Shown here: positions 15,684 through 22,512 of the stretch, piece by piece
Numbering within the stretch: the first letter of the stretch is position 1
How the letters are laid out: each line of letters begins with the position of its first letter
Assembly: GCA_020428535.1 (NCBI GenBank)
Contig: JAGQMS010000004.1
Location: 35,096-59,095 of the forward strand
Source: Candidatus Saccharimonadota bacterium
Lineage (GTDB): Bacteria > Patescibacteriota > Saccharimonadia > Saccharimonadales > JAGQMS01
DNA length: 24,000 bases
Direction: 5' to 3'
Program-made: the position numbers and the translations under genes
Notes under the pieces: model-generated
Databases searched by the model: none
What the model was told of the DNA's origin: nothing
Seen by the model: only the letters and a program-made list of their open reading frames with translations

Positions 15684-18225
15684 CGTCGGTTTACTAGTTC
15701 TAGCAATTACCTTGCTCGTTGCTAGGTTTGTGTATGGTTTTATACACCTACTGACAAGAAAAATGGTCTACCTAGAAATAATTCCACCTGCTTTCCAAGA
15801 CAAATCACTTGAAGCCACTGATTCACTCTTTGGAGCTTTGCATAAACTTGGCTCACCAACAGCAGTTGAACGCTTGCTTGGCAAAAAGCATATATTCAGT
15901 GTCGAGATACACTCATCCAGTAAACAAGGTATACGATTCATCATAGCGGTTCCTGACGACAAGACTGACACCGTAGAGAAACTAATCCACTCTTTCGTAC
16001 CTGATTCAAAGACTAAGATTATTGATGTAGACACTATCTCTCCCCGAAGGATATTTGAATTTAGACAAAGCAAGCACTTTAGCTATCCTATTCAGTCCTT
16101 TGATATGCCCGAAAAAGACGATCCCTTGGGGTATATAACAGGGTCGATGACGAAACTAAAGGAGGATGAGCGAGCAATATACCAACTGACGTTTAAGCCC
16201 GTACAACTGCGTCAAGCAAAACAACTGCAACAAAAAATACTGAGAAACGATGCGTTCATGCCTGAAGCAAAAGTTAAGGCGGGTTTTTTAACTCCCGTGT
16301 TCTCGTTAACCAATAAACTTCTTTTTGCAGCAGCTGATGCATTTTCTGCCGGGGTTCATCACGATACAACACACTATGCAGTAGTAGGCGCACAACGGGA
16401 CCTGGAATACAAAAAGCAGCTAGCTCGTGGTGATAAGCCAGTTAGAACGCTAAGCTATTTTGAGCATGAAGTGATTGAATCAGTTAATCAAAAATTGAAG
16501 CGTCCTTTGTTTGATTGCCGTGTCCGATTTATTTTGCAGACTAATCAAAAAGAAACAGAGCGCACGGCGAAGCGCTCAATAGTAGCAGCAATCGGTATTT
16601 TTGACGTTTCTGGATATCAGAAACTTAGTCTGCGACGGCGGAAGTTTGGAGTTTCCAGAAAGTTGCAAGAATTAGCGGTTAGCAAGAGATTACTTGGAGT
16701 CAGCTCAGGCCAAAATTATTTCTCAGCCAATGAATTATCTCGGCTGTATCACGTACCGCATTCGCAAACTGTAAAAACAACAAATGTCATTAAGTCGTTA
16801 AGCAAGACTCTGCCTGCACCTGTGTCATTAAAGCAGAACGAAAATTTGGATGTGCTGTTTGGTGAAAATCTCCATCATGGTCAAACGACAGCAATTGGTC
16901 TAACAGCTGCAGAACGTGAACGACATATGTACATTATTGGGGGTACGGGAAATGGTAAGACTACCATGCTCAAATACATGATTTCTCAAGACATTAAGAA
17001 CAATAAAGGTGTTGCAGTAGTTGACCCGCACGGAGACTTAGCTGAGGAACTACTTGGATTAATACCCGAACATAGACTTCAAGATGTGGTGTATATAAGC
17101 CCTGATGACCTCGCTTACCCGATAGGGATTAATCTTCTTGAACTCACTGAAGGATTAACTGGTGATGAGCTACTGCGCGAAAAAGACCTTATAACTGAAT
17201 CAGCCATATCTGTACTCCGTAAACTATTCTCCGAAGACGATAGCGGCGGACACCGTATTGAGTATGTGTTGCGTAACACAATTCAGACAGCACTCACTGT
17301 GCCAGGAGCAAACCTGTTCACTATTTTCCGGCTTTTAAATGATAAGAAATATCGTAAAGATATCGTAAACAGGCTCGAAGACCAGGATTTAAAGATATTC
17401 TGGAAGAACGAACTTGGTAAAGCTGGAGAGATGCAGAAAGTAAAGATGGCAGCTGGTATTACTGCGAAGATCGGACGATTTCTTTTCTCGGCATCAGCTA
17501 AAAGAATCCTAGAGCAAGAAAAATCTACTATTAACTTTGATGCACTGATGGACGAAGGAAAAATCGTCATCTGTAATTTCTCCAAGGGTTTACTAGGAGA
17601 AGATACTTCTATGCTATTTGGTGTTACGGTACTTGCGAAACTCCAGCTTGCGTCTCTTCGGCGTGCTCGGTTAGCACAGGATAATCGTCGGCCGTTTTAT
17701 GTCTATGTTGATGAGTTTCAAAACTTTGCGACTATGAGCTTTGTACAGATGCTCAGTGAAGCGCGTAAGTATAAGTTGTATCTCACGATGGCTGAACAAT
17801 CAACGCAGCAACAGCAAGAACAGCGACTTGTCGATATTATTCTTGCTAATGTCGCTACTGTAGTTGCATTTCGTTCAGGTAGCCCTGCCGATGCTCGACT
17901 ACTCATACCACTATTCAGTCCATATATTGAAGAGCGCGAACTTGCTAACTTGCCGGCCTATAATTTCTACTGTCGAATATCTGCGATTCACGCACAAGAG
18001 CCTCTATCGGGTGTTACGGTATTGCTCGACTCAGAATCCGATGCTCAAGTCGCTGAAATTGTTAGAACGGCATCACGTACCAAGTATGCAAAACAGAAAA
18101 TTGAAGAAGTTATTGTGGATACACCAAGTGTAAATACTCCTGTTAGCAAACCTATAAAAACTCGTAAGAAATCCAAACAATCTACTAAACGCGGTGTACC
18201 GCAGGAGGAACTAATCCATGGCTAG
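15640..18225 (+). CDS. virD4: VirD4/TraG-family type IV coupling protein (T4CP) with a long N-terminal extension.
   Basis: Walker A is IIGGTGNGKTT, near residue 436. Walker B is FYVYVDEFQNF. An N-terminal TM helix is present. The start is uncertain. The track uses TTG 15640. TTG 15664 lies 7 nt after GGAAGGA and is at least as likely. Confidence 0.85.
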   Translation: MGNRKDQPLSYLLFSVGLLVLAITLLVARFVYGFIHLLTRKMVYLEIIPPAFQDKSLEATDSLFGALHKLGSPTAVERLLGKKHIFSVEIHSSSKQGIRFIIAVPDDKTDTVEKLIHSFVPDSKTKIIDVDTISPRRIFEFRQSKHFSYPIQSFDMPEKDDPLGYITGSMTKLKEDERAIYQLTFKPVQLRQAKQLQQKILRNDAFMPEAKVKAGFLTPVFSLTNKLLFAAADAFSAGVHHDTTHYAVVGAQRDLEYKKQLARGDKPVRTLSYFEHEVIESVNQKLKRPLFDCRVRFILQTNQKETERTAKRSIVAAIGIFDVSGYQKLSLRRRKFGVSRKLQELAVSKRLLGVSSGQNYFSANELSRLYHVPHSQTVKTTNVIKSLSKTLPAPVSLKQNENLDVLFGENLHHGQTTAIGLTAAERERHMYIIGGTGNGKTTMLKYMISQDIKNNKGVAVVDPHGDLAEELLGLIPEHRLQDVVYISPDDLAYPIGINLLELTEGLTGDELLREKDLITESAISVLRKLFSEDDSGGHRIEYVLRNTIQTALTVPGANLFTIFRLLNDKKYRKDIVNRLEDQDLKIFWKNELGKAGEMQKVKMAAGITAKIGRFLFSASAKRILEQEKSTINFDALMDEGKIVICNFSKGLLGEDTSMLFGVTVLAKLQLASLRRARLAQDNRRPFYVYVDEFQNFATMSFVQMLSEARKYKLYLTMAEQSTQQQQEQRLVDIILANVATVVAFRSGSPADARLLIPLFSPYIEERELANLPAYNFYCRISAIHAQEPLSGVTVLLDSESDAQVAEIVRTASRTKYAKQKIEEVIVDTPSVNTPVSKPIKTRKKSKQSTKRGVPQEELIHG

Positions 18226-18309
18226 TATTTCCTTAAAGGGTTTATTAAAAATATGCAAAAAGAATATTTCCACTGGAGAGCATACTGCAAAATTCTACAT
18301 TTAAAACGA

Positions 18310-18939
18310 TTATGCCGTCTGATCGATTAGATTGAATTCATATTCAGTTATGAGTCTCATATCTTTTTTGTCGAATCCAAGTAGCTCATAATTTTTATCG
18401 CTACCTTGCTTACCTAGCAAGACTAAGTCAAAACTATCAAGTAAGCGTTTAGGAATTACATCCTCCGGGCTTGGCCTTGACGTATCATATAGCAGCTTCA
18501 TATTTGCGTTTTTTGCATTCTGATTAATAGTGATGAGCGCATTAGAAAACCGTTCCGTATCAACACAAGCTGCGTCACACTCATCAATTGCAATAAAGAT
18601 TTGTGGTTTAGAAACGTTGTTCTTGGCTCTATCTTTAGAAAGCTCTGCAAGTTTCTCTAATTTATCTAGAGCCTCCTCCGGATCTGTAATTACAGGACAA
18701 TATAGCTTCTCGGCAATTTTAAACTCATCTTCTTCAGGGTGGTTTACCCAGTGCCCAAATTCAACTTGCTTGAAATCAAATAAAGCAAACTGAATGTCTT
18801 CCGATTTTTTGTTACTTGCATAGCGCTTTATTAATTGTTCAACTAGGTATGATTTACCACTACCTGTTTGCCCAGTAATGAAAGCACTGTTATGAACATT
18901 AAAGGTAAAGTAGTCAGCATCTGTTTTTGCATAGTTCAT
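18310..18939 (-). CDS. Small stand-alone P-loop NTPase, FtsK/HerA/VirB4-clade-like. Last gene of the extended BREX operon.
   Basis: Walker A is GQTGSGKS (residues 23-30) and Walker B is IFIAIDE (D119, E120). An ATGA overlap (18936-18939) joins it to the upstream gene. Confidence 0.7.
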   Translation of the reverse strand: MNYAKTDADYFTFNVHNSAFITGQTGSGKSYLVEQLIKRYASNKKSEDIQFALFDFKQVEFGHWVNHPEEDEFKIAEKLYCPVITDPEEALDKLEKLAELSKDRAKNNVSKPQIFIAIDECDAACVDTERFSNALITINQNAKNANMKLLYDTSRPSPEDVIPKRLLDSFDLVLLGKQGSDKNYELLGFDKKDMRLITEYEFNLIDQTA

Positions 18940-20318
18940 AGTTTCAATAATACCTTATAGATTTCTACCATGGCGAGAGTGTCTAGTTTGCAATACTCTA
19001 CTAGGTCATTAAATATGGTCTCTTTTTGGTCGGCACGTTTATCATCTAACACCGCCTCCATCCATAGTCTTTGAGCGGAACCACCTTCTTGGATGCCGAG
19101 CTCTTTATAAGATAGCTCTGGCACTAAAACGGGGAGCACTTGCTTGATACTTGCGCTACCGTTAAAACGAGGGTCGTCATACCATTTTTTCTTGAAGGGA
19201 ATCATTAAATCTACAACTCTGTCGTTTATAGCTTCCATTTGGTCTTTTAGGTCTGGGTACATATCACCAAGCTCAGAGTTCCGAGCTTTTTCGAATCCTT
19301 CATACCAGACTAGTACAGTTCCTTCAGTTCCAATGTCCTTAAGTAGTTGCTCTGCTAGTGGTCTAGATGGATCAGAGTTTTCTCGGTGTAAATACTCACG
19401 TTGCTCCAACTCTGAATCAGCAGTCTGTAATACATGTAGTGAATACTGGAATGGTATTTGTTGGTAGGGTCTATGTCCGTCGAAGTATGGTACAAGACTC
19501 ATCATTGTTTCATAGTCCAAGAAGTACAATGGGAATTTAAGTTCGTCTAAGAATTGTTTAATCTCGTCATGTTGAATAGTAGGTTGTAGGTCATCTGGGT
19601 ATTGATCTGGTTCTTGCGGAACAATGTTTTCATAAATCTTTAGCCAATCGCTTTTAGAACCTAGCTTCGCGAGTGTAGGGTCGGGGTCTGGCATTTGTTG
19701 TCTCTGGGCAGTTTCTAGAGCCATAGGCATATATTTTGCCGTTAGTTCACCCTTTGAGCGTACATCTTCCGTTATGTCTGTGATCTTAGTTATTTCATCT
19801 GCTTTTATCTCACCGTTACGAATGTATTCTTTGTTTACATGAATGACGTAGATGTTTTTAACCGAATATCCAGCGCCCTCCAAAACCGCAGTCTGGTAGG
19901 CGAGGTCAAATGCATGCTCAGGTTTTGCACTGGTGCTTGCCTTGATTTCATATAAATCAACTTCCTTATCACCAACAAAGCTGACAATATCAGATATGCA
20001 GGTGAAGTCTTGCCACACAAAACGTGGCTGGAATAGGACTTGATCCCCGCGCTCGATTGCTGCGTTGGTACGCTCTGGCATTGACCAATAGCTTTGCTCT
20101 GAATCATCAAAGGAGAATCCAATACTCACGCCTTCTGGGAACAACGCCTCCGCGTATTGCTCAAATTGGTGACCAGCATCAAAGATTACCTGTTGATTCT
20201 CGTCAACGGGTGGTATCAATTCTGGTTTATTTTTCTTTACCCATATCCAAGCGGGGTGTTTGAGAAATAGCATGTAGTCAGATTTTGATATGGTGATCGG
20301 CATATTGCTACTTGTCAT
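18936..20318 (-). CDS. DUF2779-like protein with two nuclease-like halves: N-terminal PD-(D/E)xK (RecB/Cas4-like) and C-terminal RNase-H/DnaQ-like.
   Basis: The N-terminal half reads GHQFEQYAE...CISD(110)IV...DLYE(124)IK(126)AST...DLAYQ, in PD-(D/E)xK order. The C-terminal half has PLYFLD(268)YE(270)T, VWYEGFE and CKLDTLAM. The family call is from memory, not a search. Confidence 0.7.
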   Translation of the reverse strand: MTSSNMPITISKSDYMLFLKHPAWIWVKKNKPELIPPVDENQQVIFDAGHQFEQYAEALFPEGVSIGFSFDDSEQSYWSMPERTNAAIERGDQVLFQPRFVWQDFTCISDIVSFVGDKEVDLYEIKASTSAKPEHAFDLAYQTAVLEGAGYSVKNIYVIHVNKEYIRNGEIKADEITKITDITEDVRSKGELTAKYMPMALETAQRQQMPDPDPTLAKLGSKSDWLKIYENIVPQEPDQYPDDLQPTIQHDEIKQFLDELKFPLYFLDYETMMSLVPYFDGHRPYQQIPFQYSLHVLQTADSELEQREYLHRENSDPSRPLAEQLLKDIGTEGTVLVWYEGFEKARNSELGDMYPDLKDQMEAINDRVVDLMIPFKKKWYDDPRFNGSASIKQVLPVLVPELSYKELGIQEGGSAQRLWMEAVLDDKRADQKETIFNDLVEYCKLDTLAMVEIYKVLLKL

Positions 20319-20475
20319 TCCTTATGATTGGCAATATCACAGCGACATGTTCGTCGGTCTCTTGCAGTTTCTTTAGATCTTCATCACTCATGGTTTGTTT
20401 CTTGGTAGAGTTCTTGCTTTTACCAATCATTAAGAGCGTAATGAGGGTTATAGAAAATGCTGCAACAAAAATCAT
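20308..20475 (-). CDS. 55-aa single-pass membrane micro-protein, not in the supplied ORF track.
   Basis: I translated it by hand as MIFVAAFSITLITLLMIGKSKNSTKKQTMSDEDLKKLQETDEHVAVILPIIRNDK*. Its ATG shares one base with the brxL TAA (TAATG). Its last 11 nt overlap the next ATG. A hydrophobic helix is followed by a KSK...KK positive patch. Confidence 0.5.
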   Translation of the reverse strand: MIFVAAFSITLITLLMIGKSKNSTKKQTMSDEDLKKLQETDEHVAVILPIIRNDK

Positions 20476-22502
20476 TATGTATCCAATGCTTTTTGAACTG
20501 CGTCAGCAGGATCGTTATAGAAGCTTATATTGAACTTTGAAAATGTCTCAGCTGGAACAGATGAAATGTCGTTTGCAGAAGACATAGGTAGTAGAATCGT
20601 CTTTGCTCCTGCATCGAAACAAACTTCTAGTGTGTCTGCTAGATCATCTACTTTACCAATCGTACCTCCGATGGTTAGATTGCCCAATATGACCAATCCG
20701 CTTTTTAGCTGAAGTTTTAAGGATGACGATACAAGAGATACAAATGCAGCCAGTGCTATTTCTTTGCATGGTCCAGTTCCTTGCAAATCTTCAACGTGGA
20801 GTAAGAAATCAGAATTCTCTACATTGATGTTGGCGCTTATACTCTTACGATTTGCTTTGAAGTAATTAAACGCAGTTTGTATTGATTCCTTGGTCTGTCG
20901 ATCAGTGCCGATTCCAGAAATTGACATCTTGCCACTTCCGTTAGGGCTTTCGGTTTCAATTCTATATGTACCAATTTGCCCAGAGGTTCCTCTGCCTACA
21001 AAATAGGCATGACCAGCTTTAAGTGATATTTCTGTAATAAGCTTATCTCCGCTGATTTCAGGTACAGGTACAACTTTTTCTTCGTCATTCTCGATGTCTA
21101 TGTAAGACAGGTGAATATCAAAGAACTCCATGCCACCGATGCGCTTTAGTTGTTCTTTGACTCGGCGTCTACCTTCAACAGCGTATCGTACAACTTCTTC
21201 TAGCTCTTCCTTATTAAACTCACCATTTGGGTAAATTAACTTGATCAATCCTGATACAGTTTTTCTCACGGCAATGACATCACGTTGGTTAAGTTCTTTA
21301 CCAAGTTTGAAGTGATTATCTAGTGCATCACTGTAGGTTCGTTTTCGCATTTCTCGGAAAAACTCAGATAGATAATCTACTATGAATCCGTATTCATTTG
21401 TTATTAATTCAGGACGCATCTTCGGAATCTCCCAACCAGGAAGATAGTAGTGCATACGATCAAAGAATGCGCTGTCGTGGCTCATAGCATCAGGGAATGG
21501 CTCAAATAAGTTTGACGTTTTTAGAATCACTTCAACTGATTGGTTGACGTTTCCTACAAACACCATTGATGCTGTAGCGTTCTTCTCCTCTTTTCCTCGA
21601 GCAAAAGAACCAGATGCCATGTAGTCTTTCATGATCTGCACGCCATCTTTATCTTTAAATGTAATACCAGCAACTTCGTCAAATGCCACACAGTCCCAAA
21701 GTCCCACAAGCCCAACAGTCTTACTGGACATGTTATAGAACAGGTTAGCGACTGTAGTCTGGCCACCAGAAATCAAAATTGAGTTTGGTGATATTTCTTT
21801 ATAGATGTGTGACTTACCAGTTCCACGAGGACCAAGTTCACATAGGTTGTAGTTATTTTCCACAAGCGGTACAGCACGCTCGATGAAATGCCATTTTTGT
21901 CGATAATCTAAGTGGTCTGGCTCCATACCCATCGATCGACATAAGACATCAATCCACTCGTCTTTAGAGAATTGTTTTCGACCATTGAAGACTTCAGTTA
22001 AATCCATGTTTGGCATTTGAATTGGCTTTATGTCATTCACGACGAAAGGTAAATTATTCCGCTCTTCTTCGTCGTGGAAGTAAGAAATTTTAGTAATACA
22101 CCAGATGCCACCAACTAGAAGTTTCTCGAATTTCTTAACGATCTCTGCATCAATTGCGGCGTCTTTGATTCCGAGATTACTAAACTCTGCTTCATACCGA
22201 TCTTTCTTTTCATTCAGGTGGACAGTAATCTTGTCGATAACAGTAAAGTTCTTTAGCTCTCGAATTTTACTTTTTACTTTTTGAGCTTCATCAGGACGAA
22301 CGAAATTTTCAGAAAGTATTTTTTTGACAGTTCCAATGCCATCTTCAATTGCAGCTTCGTCATCTGTTGCACAGTACATACCCAGCAGATACTCGAGTAC
22401 ATACACCGGAACATTGGCACCTTCTTTAATTTTCTTTGTTAAATCTTTGCGGACAACTCTACCAGGAAAAACCTGGTTGAGCTTAGTGTTTAAATTATCC
22501 AT
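20475..22502 (-). CDS. brxL: BREX system Lon protease-like protein BrxL.
   Basis: The N-terminus FPGRVVRKDLTKKIKEGANVPVYVLEYLLGMYCATDDE...NFVRPDEAQKVKSKIRE is the highly conserved BrxL signature. It also has a GPRGTGKS P-loop and a Lon-like C-terminus. The SD GGGAGGAAG lies upstream. Confidence 0.92.
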   Translation of the reverse strand: MDNLNTKLNQVFPGRVVRKDLTKKIKEGANVPVYVLEYLLGMYCATDDEAAIEDGIGTVKKILSENFVRPDEAQKVKSKIRELKNFTVIDKITVHLNEKKDRYEAEFSNLGIKDAAIDAEIVKKFEKLLVGGIWCITKISYFHDEEERNNLPFVVNDIKPIQMPNMDLTEVFNGRKQFSKDEWIDVLCRSMGMEPDHLDYRQKWHFIERAVPLVENNYNLCELGPRGTGKSHIYKEISPNSILISGGQTTVANLFYNMSSKTVGLVGLWDCVAFDEVAGITFKDKDGVQIMKDYMASGSFARGKEEKNATASMVFVGNVNQSVEVILKTSNLFEPFPDAMSHDSAFFDRMHYYLPGWEIPKMRPELITNEYGFIVDYLSEFFREMRKRTYSDALDNHFKLGKELNQRDVIAVRKTVSGLIKLIYPNGEFNKEELEEVVRYAVEGRRRVKEQLKRIGGMEFFDIHLSYIDIENDEEKVVPVPEISGDKLITEISLKAGHAYFVGRGTSGQIGTYRIETESPNGSGKMSISGIGTDRQTKESIQTAFNYFKANRKSISANINVENSDFLLHVEDLQGTGPCKEIALAAFVSLVSSSLKLQLKSGLVILGNLTIGGTIGKVDDLADTLEVCFDAGAKTILLPMSSANDISSVPAETFSKFNISFYNDPADAVQKALDT

Positions 22503-22512
22503 TTCTTCCTCC

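Noticed and set aside
10638-18133. Antisense or out-of-frame ORFs in the T4SS operon: 10638-10847, 11325-11579, 11619-11807, 12576-12758, 13390-13572, 13646-13897, 14999-15250, 15413-15595, 15768-16073, 17283-17585, 17718-17906 and 17864-18133.
   Set aside because: All are embedded in longer, motif-supported T4SS genes, and none has an SD sequence.
18226-18309. I expected a bidirectional rho-independent terminator between the convergent T4CP gene and the ATPase gene.
   Set aside because: I found only short AT-rich pseudo-palindromes (aatat...atatt). There is no GC-rich stem followed by a T-tract. A 17-codon ATG ORF here has no support.
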